Shown: positions 36,041 to 44,760 of the stretch, piece by piece | Position numbering within the stretch: position 1 is the stretch's first letter | How the letters are laid out: each line of letters begins with the position of its first letter | From: Vicinamibacterales bacterium | GTDB lineage: Bacteria; Acidobacteriota; Vicinamibacteria; Vicinamibacterales; UBA8438 | Direction: 5' to 3' | DNA: 64,000 bases | Assembly (NCBI GenBank): GCA_965246995.1 | Contig: OZ252008.1 | Location: 883,986 to 947,985 of the forward strand | Made by a program: the position numbers and the translations under genes | The notes under the pieces: generated by a model | The model's input: the letters and a program-made list of their open reading frames with translations, nothing else | Told to the model about the DNA's origin: nothing | Database searches by the model: none

Positions 36041-36599
36041 GGCCACCAACAAAAACGACGCAAGTGATTTATTAAGAGTGACTTACGTGCAATCCGCAGA
36101 ACATGCTTCCCCTGTTGTACCCCTCTTTCTGAGCGGGAATCTACGGGCCTGTAGAAGCACGTCCTGGACGAACCCGGCCAGTAGTTCGACCCACTGCTCA
36201 CGGGCACTCCCTCACAGACCCGATGTCCAGATGGCTCGTGGTCACGCGACATTCGCCCGCGAACTGGGCCGCGCGCGGGCGCCACGCCTGCTGCCGGACA
36301 AGCCCGCTTCCGTCCGATCGAGTCGGGCGGCAAGCTCACGCAGACGCTGGCCACCGTCCTCGTAGTCGAGCGCCGCGGCAAGCCGCACGGCTGTGTGCTC
36401 AGTTTCCGTCCAACCGCGCGCCATCATCAACGCCCTACGTCAGCAGTGTGTTGGGGCTTCCGGCGTGGTTGACTCGTAACCCACTGTGAATGCGTGACTT
36501 GCGGAATCGGTTCGAATCACGTTCCCGTCGTTGGATCCCTCGTCTTGAGTCGGAGGCAAGAGGACCAAGAGTACTGTCCTCGGACAGATCTGGACCGGA

Positions 36600-37299
36600 G
36601 CCTCCGCACTTGACGGGGCGTGCCGTCGACGGTCGGTACTTGGCCACGCGGACGGCCACGGCTTCGATCTCCATGCCGCGCTCTGCGTGCCGGCCGGCCA
36701 GCGGGACCGCCTCGAGCGGGTGTGTCGCTACGCGTTGCGCCCCCCCATTGCGCAGGACCGTCTCGAGCTGACCGCGGAGGGACAGGTACAGCTCCAGCTG
36801 AGGCGCCCATGGTCGGACGGCACTACGCATCTGCTGTTTGACCCCCGTGGAACTGCTCGAGCGCCTCGCCACGCTGACACCGCGGCCGCGCATCAACCTG
36901 ATTCTCTACTATGGCGTGCTGGCCCCGCGCGCGGCGTGGCGGGCCGACGTGGTCCGATTCGGGGAACCCGTCGGCTCCCACGAGAATTCGCCTCCTGAAG
37001 ACTCCAGGGATGCGGCGGGAGCTGGGGACCCCCCGCCCGCGGCGAACGGTCTCTGGGCGGAGTTCATCCGCCGGAGCTTTGGGTTCGATGTCCTCGAATG
37101 CCCCCGGTGTGGCGGGCGCCTGCAGCTCATTGCGGTGATCGAAGACCCCGCCGTGATCGAGCGCATCCTGCGCCATCTGGGGCTGCCGACCGACATCCCT
37201 GAGGCCCGGCCCGCGCGGCCGCCCCCGATGCCGTTCCTTCTCGACGGCCTCGCCACCGCTGGGGGCGACGACCAGATCCTCGTCGACACCCGCTCTTGA
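36600..37299 (+). pseudogene. IS91-family (Y2 rolling-circle) transposase, C-terminal fragment with a frameshift
   Basis: Frame A reads GFDLHAALCVPAGQRDRLERVCRYALRPPIAQDRLELTAEGQVQLQLRRPWSDGTTHLLFDP. Frame B reads VELLERLATLTPRPRINLILYYGVLAPRA...FDVLECPRCGGRLQLIAVIEDPAVIERILRHLGLP. The frames join at a 5-C run (36842-36846). The N-terminal HUH/Y2 catalytic part is absent. Confidence 0.75.
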
Positions 37300-37488
37300 A
37301 CGCCTCTCCTCGACGGCCCGCCCGGCCCGCCTGTCCGACGTGCGCCCTGCCGCACCGCTGTCGGTTGTGGCGCGGCGCATTCTCTGCGGCGCATTCTCTC
37401 TTGACACCCGCCCATAGTTGTGGGTAGACTAGCTGTCCCGTGGCGCGCCTAGGCCTGTGAAGGGGGCCGGCACTAGGGGGGTTTACTC

Positions 37489-38730
37489 GTGCCTATAATC
37501 TTCGGAGCGAAACACCTGCTGGTCGCAGCAGCTACGGTCGCCGTACTCCTTTTCATGGAAGTTGGTGCCGTTGGACAAGAAGTTGGTGCCGTTGAACACA
37601 GTGTGTCGGCGCTGCCGTCGACTCAGCAGGCGCCGGGATATAACCCGACGACCCCAGCAAAAGTTGAGCTGGGAAGGCTGCTGTTCTGGGACCCGCTTTT
37701 GTCGGGACCCCAAGACGTAGCCTGCGCGACGTGCCATCATCCCCAAAGCGCCTATGCGGAGGACCGCGACCTGTCGCTCGGCGTGACGGGCACCGGCCTG
37801 GGCCGCTTCCGGCGTGACGGGCATCTCGTCAAACGCAATAGTCCGACGGTTCTGAACGTTGCTTTCAACGGCATCGATGAATCGGGCCGCTACGACCCGG
37901 CGACTGCGCCGGCGTTCTGGGACAATCGCATCAGGAGCCTCGAATCGCAGGCGCTCGAACCGCTCAAGTCGTTTGAGGAAATGCGAGGGGACACCTACCC
38001 GGAGGATGAGGCTATCGCGAGAGTGGTGGCGAAGCTCCAGGCCAACGCCGAGTACCCGGGCCTGTTCGCCGAGGCCTTCGGCAGTGAACAGCCGGTCACC
38101 GCGGAAAACCTAGGCAGGGCGGTAGCGGCGTTCATGCGGTCGCTGCTGGCCAACAACGCGCCGTTCGACCGCTACATGCGCGGCGACCGCAGCGCCATGA
38201 CGCGGGAACAGGTCCGCGGAATGCAGCGCTTCGAGGAGATCGGGTGCATCAGGTGCCACAACGGGCCCATGTTCTCCGATTACAAACTGCATGTCATGGG
38301 CGTGCCCGACAACCCCGCTCTTGCATCAGGTGCCACAACGCCCGCCTCCGACGGAGGCGGGCAGAACCCTCCTTGCCCGGCAGCTCCTGGGGAGCCGCGT
38401 ACTGCAGCGTCCCGAGCAGCGTGCGACAGCTATGCGTTTCGCACGGCGTCGCTGCGAAACCTTGAATTGACCTTCCCATACGGGCACAATGGCATGTTCA
38501 GGACGCTGAGCGCCGTCGTGGGGTTCTATGAATCCACCATCGCCGGGGAGTCCCGGAACCCGAACGTCAGCTACGAGGAGCTCGATCCGCGGCTTCGCCA
38601 GTTGCAGAACGTGGACGAAGAAGACGTGGATCTGATCGAGTTTTTATATGCTCTGAGCGATGGGTCGTTCGACCGGACGATTCCCGAGAGCGTACCGAGC
38701 GGACTGCCCGTCGGCGGAAGCATTCGATAG
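37489..38730 (+). CDS. Di-heme cytochrome c peroxidase / MauG-family protein
   Basis: Two CxxCH motifs (CATCHH, CIRCHN) in the CCP/MauG arrangement, with SPTVLNVAF and FRTASLRNLELTFPYGHNG blocks. GTG start and an N-terminal hydrophobic anchor. GC content is visibly lower than in the flanks. Confidence 0.85.
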   Translation: MPIIFGAKHLLVAAATVAVLLFMEVGAVGQEVGAVEHSVSALPSTQQAPGYNPTTPAKVELGRLLFWDPLLSGPQDVACATCHHPQSAYAEDRDLSLGVTGTGLGRFRRDGHLVKRNSPTVLNVAFNGIDESGRYDPATAPAFWDNRIRSLESQALEPLKSFEEMRGDTYPEDEAIARVVAKLQANAEYPGLFAEAFGSEQPVTAENLGRAVAAFMRSLLANNAPFDRYMRGDRSAMTREQVRGMQRFEEIGCIRCHNGPMFSDYKLHVMGVPDNPALASGATTPASDGGGQNPPCPAAPGEPRTAASRAACDSYAFRTASLRNLELTFPYGHNGMFRTLSAVVGFYESTIAGESRNPNVSYEELDPRLRQLQNVDEEDVDLIEFLYALSDGSFDRTIPESVPSGLPVGGSIR

Positions 38731-38808
38731 AGCCGAGTACGCGCCGTCGTGGTAGGCTGCTGGCTTTTCGACGCCCCAATTTTGAGGCATAGCGACTGGA
38801 GGACTCAC

Positions 38809-39498
38809 ATGAAACCGATCTCTCTGTTTGTACTCGGCGTAATGACGGTTGCGATGAGCGCGCCGGCGCAGGCGCAGGTCTATGAGGAGCGCCGGACCGA
38901 TACGAAAGACCCCATCGAAAAGCCGTTGCTCGCCGCTCCGAACGCGGCTATGGCCAGGAACGCCACGGTCATTAAGTGGATTCGGAATCCGGCGAAGAGT
39001 GCGGAGGAAGAGGTCACGGCTGCCGACTTTACGTTTGAAGTTTTGAGGCCCGGCCCCGGCCGTATGATGTGCTACGACCTGACCGGCTGGCCTGGAGAGC
39101 GGCCGTGGTCGGTGGAGTGCACCAGCAGCGACGCCAACCTGCCGCGCATCGCGCAGAATCGAGCGTTCGCGGAGATGGGGGCCAAGGCCCAGCCACTGCT
39201 GGGCGAAGACGACGAGCGTCGGGCAGGCAGGCCTGTCTTGTCGAGCAGCGGCACCGGAGGGATTAGGGAGCTGGTTTTGGCCGCCGAGAAAGACGGAACG
39301 CGTGAGCTGTCCGAAGTCGGGTCCATATGGTATAACCTCCGGGGCGACAGCCAGGACACCGCCATCTGGCACACGTTTATCGGCATGCCGGGCTTCACGG
39401 CGGACCAAGTCGGACTGCCGAATGTTCGCGACGCGGGCGGCGCCTGGCTGATGTTTGAGGGTACGCCGGAAGCCCACATCATGATAAGTGGCCGATAA
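38809..39498 (+). CDS. Secreted hypothetical protein (229 aa)
   Basis: Clear signal peptide MKPISLFVLGVMTVAMSAPAQAQ. Non-repetitive composition, in the lower-GC block. I recognise no family. Confidence 0.55.
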   Translation: MKPISLFVLGVMTVAMSAPAQAQVYEERRTDTKDPIEKPLLAAPNAAMARNATVIKWIRNPAKSAEEEVTAADFTFEVLRPGPGRMMCYDLTGWPGERPWSVECTSSDANLPRIAQNRAFAEMGAKAQPLLGEDDERRAGRPVLSSSGTGGIRELVLAAEKDGTRELSEVGSIWYNLRGDSQDTAIWHTFIGMPGFTADQVGLPNVRDAGGAWLMFEGTPEAHIMISGR

Positions 39499-39611
39499 CC
39501 GGCAGAGAGTTTCTCGGCTTCGGGGTTTTCGACCACGAATCAGGGGGAGGTGTGTGACACCTTCCCCCGGTTTCCCGCAGGTTGCGAATGACTTCGCTTT
39601 GCGTGAGCTTT

Positions 39612-39953
39612 ATGAAATATCTACTGATAGGTCTTCTTGCCTCCGCTCTTCTTGCCTCCGCCACGATGTTTGCAACCCAGAGCAGACAGACTTTCTCAGG
39701 CACGATCACCGATGACGAGTGCCCCAGCGCCGATCATTCCGGAATGCGGATGGGGTCGACCGACGCTGCCTGCACCATCGCTTGCGTCGATGACCACACC
39801 GTCGAGTTCGTTTTGTTTGACGGCAAAGCAACCTATCTGTTGAGCGACCAGGACAAATCAAGAGAGTTTGCCGGAAAGAAGGTAGCAGTCGTCGGCACGC
39901 TGGACTCCAAGACCCAGACGATCCAGGTCAATTCAATGGCCGCGGCCAAGTGA
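39612..39953 (+). CDS. Small secreted Cys-containing protein (113 aa, function unknown)
   Basis: Signal peptide MKYLLIGLLASALLASALLASATMFA. The mature part reads FSGTITDDECPSADHSGMRMGSTDAACTIACVDD...KKVAVVGTLD. Start at ATG 39612. Confidence 0.6.
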   Translation: MKYLLIGLLASALLASATMFATQSRQTFSGTITDDECPSADHSGMRMGSTDAACTIACVDDHTVEFVLFDGKATYLLSDQDKSREFAGKKVAVVGTLDSKTQTIQVNSMAAAK

Positions 39954-40030
39954 CCCATCGATCCTCCCGGCATCCACACGGTTTTCGAATATTTCCTCAT
40001 CCGAGCCTCTTGCGAAACCTGCGAACTGGC

Positions 40031-40231
40031 CTAATTGACGCGGGCCGGGCCGTCGGGCCGGCTCCGGCCGTGCTCGTGGTTGAAGCCGTCGCGCAACCGG
40101 CCGAGTGTCTTCCGCCAGCCGGGCGGGGCGATGTTGAGGCTCTTGCCCGTCTCCAGATCGCACCGGGCGGCGAGGACATGCATGTGGACGCCGCCGCGCT
40201 CGCGGTGCTCGACGGCGAACTCAACGTGCAT
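40031..40231 (-). pseudogene. Relaxase/mobilisation nuclease N-terminal stub (66 aa)
   Basis: FAVEHRERGGVHMHVLAARCDLETGKSLNIAPPGW resembles the His-rich N-terminal relaxase motif region. The ORF stops after 66 aa, where full relaxases run to several hundred aa. Confidence 0.45.
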
Positions 40232-40385
40232 CGTCCGCCTCCTCGCCGACGATGCGGGCGACTTGGCGGGTGCGGTCGCGCAGGTCAGAGAGCGGCACGC
40301 CGGCCGCCTCGGCCTTGGCCCGCCACGCGGCGGCCTCGGTGGGCGAGACGCGCAGGTGGATCTGTCCGGTGCGGCGGTCAGCCAT
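40221..40385 (-). CDS. MobC-like ribbon-helix-helix mobilisation accessory protein (short)
   Basis: MADRRTGQIHLRVSPTEAAAWRAKAEAAGVPLSDL matches the RHH pattern of MobC relaxosome proteins. Its stop overlaps the relaxase stub start. Confidence 0.5.
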   Translation of the reverse strand: MADRRTGQIHLRVSPTEAAAWRAKAEAAGVPLSDLRDRTRQVARIVGEEADDAR

Positions 40386-40404
40386 CAGCGCACCGGTAAG
40401 GGTT

Positions 40405-40422
40405 CGGGGGCGGGAGCCCCCG
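40405..40422. promoter_or_regulatory. Candidate oriT-type inverted repeat upstream of mobC
   Basis: cgggggc-ggga-gcccccg forms a perfect 7-bp stem, 20 nt upstream of the MobC-like start. No nic-site consensus could be verified. Confidence 0.2.
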
Positions 40423-40569
40423 CGGCCTGGCCCTGCAGGGCTCGTGAAGCCGAGAGTCGAGGGGACGCTCATGTTGCCAAACGGACCATGAGTCGGTTCC
40501 GACCACGGGTGCTCGCTCGCGCCTCGACACGGCCGGGTCCTCATGCTGCCGTTCGCGGGGACCGCAGAG

Positions 40570-40779
40570 TCATCCTCGGCTGCGCGGGCGCCGCTCCGAG
40601 CCAGCTCGGGGACGGCTGGCGATGAAGTCGAGCACTTCCCGCTCGACCCAGCGGACGGCCCGGGCGCCGATGCGGATCGGCTGCGGGAACCGGGACTCGG
40701 CCATCAGCGCGTAGACGGCCGAGCGCGACATCGCCGTCATGTGGGTCACGTCTCGGAGCGTGAGCAGTCTCGTGGTCAT
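40570..40779 (-). CDS. alpA: AlpA-family phage/island transcriptional regulator (excisionase-like HTH)
   Basis: 69 aa: LLTLRDVTHMTAMSRSAVYALMAESRFPQPIRIGARAVRWVEREVLDFI, which is the AlpA/MerR-like HTH pattern. AAGGAGAG SD upstream of ATG 40779. Confidence 0.8.
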   Translation of the reverse strand: MTTRLLTLRDVTHMTAMSRSAVYALMAESRFPQPIRIGARAVRWVEREVLDFIASRPRAGSERRPRSRG

Positions 40780-40866
40780 GTGTGGCTCTCCTTTCTCCGG
40801 CCCGGCGTTCCGTAGCGACATCGCTCGGTCTCGCCGCGTCCGGTGAGGGTCGAGCATAGCACATGG

Positions 40867-40899
40867 ACAATGTAAGCCATTGTGTAATAAAGGTTTATT
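40867..40899. promoter_or_regulatory. Two adjacent palindromes in the AT-rich alpA upstream region (candidate operators)
   Basis: acaatg-taagc-cattgt at 40867-40883 and aataaa-gg-tttatt at 40886-40899, both with perfect arms. This is the only AT-rich patch in the neighbourhood. Confidence 0.35.
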
Positions 40900-40934
40900 G
40901 CCATTCAGGTCCGACGGGAAGCCTACCCGAACGA

Positions 40935-41070
40935 CGCCGAGCCAGGACTCGGCATCGCCGTCCTCGTCCCCCTCGCCGAAGCCCGCAAGCAGCCCTCCCC
41001 AACCGCAAGCTCGCCCGGTCTGGCAGAGCCCCGTTGGCCGAGCCACGGCTTGGAGAAGCCGGCGCGTGAA
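40935..41070 (+). pseudogene. Integrase remnant 3 (N-terminal fragment, frameshifted)
   Basis: The DNA aligns with 33545-33680 of the intact integrase (for example ccaaccgcaagctcgcccg). The peptides LGIAVLVPLAEARK and ALPNRKLARSG.PL appear in different frames. Confidence 0.6.
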
Positions 41071-41227
41071 CCGACGAGCGGCCCGGACATCGGCGATCGG
41101 GCGTCGCTGGTACAATGACCTGTGCGGTCTGGAGGCGGCTTCGATCGTCCCGTGGGTTCCCGTTCGGGATGTGGGAATCGACGGTGGGAGCACGGCTGGC
41201 TTAATGACAGTAAGCCTAATGGAATGA

Positions 41228-42412
41228 ATGACTTGCTTCAATCTGGACACTCGCCCTGCCCTGACACCCGTCACGACACGGAAAAGGATTGGCCATGGCA
41301 CCGAGACGGGACTTCGGAAGACCAAGATCGTGTGCACGCTGGGTCCGTCCAGCTCAACGCCAGAGCAGATCGAACAGCTCGCCGCCGCCGGCATGAACAT
41401 CGCGCGGCTCAACATGTCGCACGGCAGCCACGCGAGCCACCTGGAGATGATCCGGGTCGTCCAGAATCTCAACAAGCGCCTGAACCACCCGATCGCCCTG
41501 CTGGTCGACCTCCAGGGACCGGCCATCCGCACCGGCGACCGCCTCGGGGACCTGTCCCTCGAGGTCGGTCGGGAGTTCCACGTCACCGTCGGCCCCACGG
41601 AGAATCCGGAGGAGAGAACCATCCACGTCGACTACCAGGACATGGTGCGTCAGTTGAAGGTGGGTGATCGGATCACGGTCGACAACGGGCTCATCAACCT
41701 GGAGGTGCTGGAAGTACTCGAGCGCGATCTCCGCTGCCGGGTGCTGGATGGTGGAGTCCTGGGTCGCGCAAGCACATCAATCTTCCCGGCGTGCGGATCA
41801 ACCTGCCGTCGATCACCGACCAGGACGCCGCAGACATCCGTTTCGCGGCGGAGCATGACATCGACTTCCTTGCCGTGTCGTTCGTGCGCAGCGCCGAAGC
41901 AGTGCGCGACGCGCGGCGGATCGTCGCCGAGGCCGGCGGGCACCCCATGCGGATCATCGCCAAGATCGAGAACCAGGAGGGCATCGACAATCTCGACGAG
42001 ATCATCGATGTGGCCGACGGCCTCATGGTGGCTCGGGGCGATCTCGGCGTTGAGGTGAAGTTCGAGATGCTCCCCGTGGCCCAGCGCGACATGGTGCGGC
42101 GCTGTGCGATCGCCGGCAGGCCGGTGATCGTGGCGACCCATCTGCTGGAATCGATGATCGACAACCCGATGCCGACCCGGGCCGAGGTCACCGATGTCGC
42201 TAACGCGGTGTACGAACAGGTCGACGCGGTGATGCTCAGCGGGGAAACGGCGACCGGGAAGTACCCGGTGCGTTGCGTCTCGGGTGCTCCATGCCCTCGA
42301 ACTCCTGAAAGCGCACAATCGACTGGAGAGCGGCGAACCCGTGGTGGTCGTCGCGAACGTCGCCACCAGCAACGGCCACTCGAACGCCATCCAGGTGCGA
42401 ACGATAGAGTGA
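41228..42412 (+). pseudogene. pyk: Pyruvate kinase, disrupted (1-nt frameshift plus internal deletion of most of the C-domain)
   Basis: Frame 1 reads RKTKIVCTLGPSS...MNIARLNMSHG...LVDLQGPAIRTG...VLDGGVLG. Frame 2 reads [21 protein letters not shown]...IAKIENQEG...[10 protein letters not shown]...[13 protein letters not shown]. Frame 3 reads only the last about 40 aa ([38 protein letters not shown]). The first shift is at the GGG run 41761-41763. The second junction is at about 42275. Confidence 0.8.
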
Positions 42413-42461
42413 GCCGACGGGAGCGTCGGTCGAAACCAACAGCGCCGTGTGACGATCCCGC

Positions 42462-42920
42462 CTACTTCATATTGGAGTAGTCGGAGGCGCTCATCATGAA
42501 CGCCTGAATGTCGAGCGGTACCTGGTACTTCGCGAGGAGCTCCTTCCAGTCCGGGTCGGCGCGGAAGTTGGAGAACACTTCCTCGCGATGAGCCCGGTCG
42601 CGGTAGGCCAGCATCCAGATCAGCGTGTTCGGATTCTCCAGGCTCTGCCATGTCCCCACGATCTTGGCGCCGTGCTTCTCGAACAGCTCGACTTCGCCGT
42701 CGCGGAAGCGTCGGTGGAGATTGTCGATGCCGCCCATGCCGTCCTTCTCCGGCTCGGCGGTGTACATGCGAATCTCGAAGCAACGGGAATCGGGCGCGAC
42801 GTTCTTGGAGAACTCCATCGCGAGGTCGCTGGCCGGCCCGCACGGAGCCGCGTCGTCCTGCGCGTACGCCAGACCGGTGAAACCGATGCTGATGACTACG
42901 GCCAAAATCGCTGTTCTCAT
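42462..42920 (-). CDS. NIPSNAP-family protein with signal peptide
   Basis: Start at ATG 42920 ([21 protein letters not shown]). The core [13 protein letters not shown]...[16 protein letters not shown]...[14 protein letters not shown] fits the NIPSNAP ferredoxin-like pattern. Confidence 0.7.
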   Translation of the reverse strand: MRTAILAVVISIGFTGLAYAQDDAAPCGPASDLAMEFSKNVAPDSRCFEIRMYTAEPEKDGMGGIDNLHRRFRDGEVELFEKHGAKIVGTWQSLENPNTLIWMLAYRDRAHREEVFSNFRADPDWKELLAKYQVPLDIQAFMMSASDYSNMK

Positions 42921-43087
42921 GTCTTTCCCCTTCTGTGTCGTTCGCGAGCCAATAGCGTAGCCGAGGGCGGCAGGCGATTCAATGAGGGGCACTGGACCGG
43001 TACGGTCTCCTCTTCCCGCATACGATGACGCGGTACGGTTTCGCAGCCCGTGGTGGGAGCGCCGTGTGGCACGGAGGGCGATGGTCC

Positions 43088-43696
43088 ATGCGATATAGAT
43101 TCCTTGTCGAGACGTACGAAACGGAGCGCCTGAAGGTGCTCAGTGTGTGGAGCATGTTTCGCGACGAGGACCTCCCGGTGCGGCCGCATGCTACGGACAG
43201 ACGTGGCCGCAGCGTGCATGAACAGATGGTGCACCAGTGCGTCGGCGAAGACCTGTGGTTTCGCACGATGCTGGGCATCGAGGCCAGTGTGCCTGCGCTT
43301 CCGGAGATCGAGCGCAGACTCGATTTCATCAAGCGCTATGCCGCGAGTTCCGCCGAGCGACTCGAGGCGCTGCGATCGCAGCCTGAATCCTGGTGGGAGG
43401 GCGAGACCCGCTTCTTCGACACGACCCGGCAGCGGGCGTGGGTCGTTGTCCGACGCATCGCGCACACGTCTCATCACCGCGGTCAGCAGATGGCAATGCT
43501 TCGGATGCTCGACCGTGACCTGCACAGCAACTACGGGCCGACGGCCGATACCGGCGGATTGTCGCAGAGCTACGCACCGGTGGTCTACGCTTACCCGGAT
43601 ATCGAGGTGCTACTGGCCGGCGAGCTCGCAGGCGGACGCAAGGCAACGCTCCCCGGCTTCGGAGAACGGCCGCCTACCGAGCGGCCCGGGGGCTGA
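43088..43696 (+). CDS. DinB-family (four-helix bundle, metal-binding) protein
   Basis: His triad context (VHEQMVHQ ... HTSHHRGQQ). Start at ATG 43088. Confidence 0.7.
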   Translation: MRYRFLVETYETERLKVLSVWSMFRDEDLPVRPHATDRRGRSVHEQMVHQCVGEDLWFRTMLGIEASVPALPEIERRLDFIKRYAASSAERLEALRSQPESWWEGETRFFDTTRQRAWVVVRRIAHTSHHRGQQMAMLRMLDRDLHSNYGPTADTGGLSQSYAPVVYAYPDIEVLLAGELAGGRKATLPGFGERPPTERPGG

Positions 43697-43729
43697 GGCG
43701 CCAATCTGCAGGGTCACGAAGGAGGCAGC

Positions 43730-44737
43730 ATGTCGTCCCGTCCGCTTCGAGACCATGTGGCCGTCGTTGCCGGTGCGACGCGCGGCGCCGGCCGCGGCAT
43801 CGCTCGCATGCTGGGGGCGGCGGGCGCAACCGTCTACTGCACCGGCCGCAGCGTGAGGGGCCGTCCCACCACGCCGGGACGGCCGGAGACGCTGGAGGAG
43901 ACGGCGGAGCTGGTCGCGGCGGAGGGAGGCCGGGGCATCGCCGTCCGCACCGACCACACGATCGAGAAGGAAGTCGAGCAGCTCTTCGCCCGCGTCCGCG
44001 CCGAGGCAGGCCGGCTCGATGTCCTGGTGAACGACATCTGGGGCGGCGACGCGCTGACCGAGTGGGGAACGCCCTTCTGGGAGCTCTCCACCGCCAAGGG
44101 GCAGCAGTTGCTGCAGCGCGCCGTCCACAGTCACATCATTACCAGCCGGCACGGCGCCCCGCTGATGGTCGAACGCAACGCCGGGCTCATCGTCGAAGTC
44201 ACCGACGGCGACACGCTCGGCTACCGCGGCAACCTCTTCTACGACCTGGCGAAGAACGCGGTCATCCGGCTCGCCTACGCGATGACAGCCGACCTCCATG
44301 CCCACCGCGTGACGGCGTTGGCAATCACCCCCGGATTCCTGCGGTCCGAGGCGGTGCTCGCGACCTTGGGGGTCACCGAGGCCAACTGGCGCGAGGCGAT
44401 CGAGAAGGACGAGTACTTCGCCGAGTCCGAGACGCCGTGCCTGGTCGGCCGCGCAATCGCCGCCCTTGCCGCAGACCCGAACGTGGCTGCCAAGAGCGGC
44501 GGATTGTTCTCGAGCTGGGCACTGGCGAAGGAGTACGGCTTCACCGATGTCGATGGGCGGCAGCCGGACTGGAGCAGCTTCTTGCGGCGCAAGGAGCAGG
44601 GAATCCTCGAACGGGACACGCCGCCGGACGAGATGGACCTGTTCGTCGTTCGCAGCCGGCTCTACCAGGCGGAGCTCGATGCGTCCGCCGCCGAGGAGGT
44701 CGAGCGCCTGCGCGCCTGGCTCGGGCGCCACGAGTGA
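43730..44737 (+). CDS. SDR-family oxidoreductase (335 aa)
   Basis: VAGATRGAGRGIA glycine motif and YDLAKNA (YxxxK), with an extended C-terminus. Confidence 0.8.
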   Translation: MSSRPLRDHVAVVAGATRGAGRGIARMLGAAGATVYCTGRSVRGRPTTPGRPETLEETAELVAAEGGRGIAVRTDHTIEKEVEQLFARVRAEAGRLDVLVNDIWGGDALTEWGTPFWELSTAKGQQLLQRAVHSHIITSRHGAPLMVERNAGLIVEVTDGDTLGYRGNLFYDLAKNAVIRLAYAMTADLHAHRVTALAITPGFLRSEAVLATLGVTEANWREAIEKDEYFAESETPCLVGRAIAALAADPNVAAKSGGLFSSWALAKEYGFTDVDGRQPDWSSFLRRKEQGILERDTPPDEMDLFVVRSRLYQAELDASAAEEVERLRAWLGRHE

Positions 44738-44760
44738 CGGGTTGCTCGGACGCCACGCCT

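Noticed and set aside
35344-36381. 345-aa minus-strand ORF
   Set aside because: It is antisense to integrase remnant 2 and runs through non-coding repeat DNA. It has no motifs.
36242-36430. 62-aa minus-strand ORF (MMMARGWTETEHTAVRLAAALDYEDGGQRLRELAARLDRTEA...)
   Set aside because: It is somewhat protein-like but short, with no SD and no recognisable family. It lies in junk DNA between two pseudogenes, so at best it is a fragment.
36495-36530. T-loop-like string ggttcgaatc, considered as a possible tRNA remnant or att site
   Set aside because: The adjacent bases cannot form a T-stem or acceptor stem, so this is an isolated match only.
41185-41215. tRNA-like anticodon hairpin ggctta-atgacag-taagcc near the island's right edge
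   Set aside because: The flanking sequence provides no D-arm, no T-arm (no GTTCRANYC-like loop) and no acceptor pairing on either strand.
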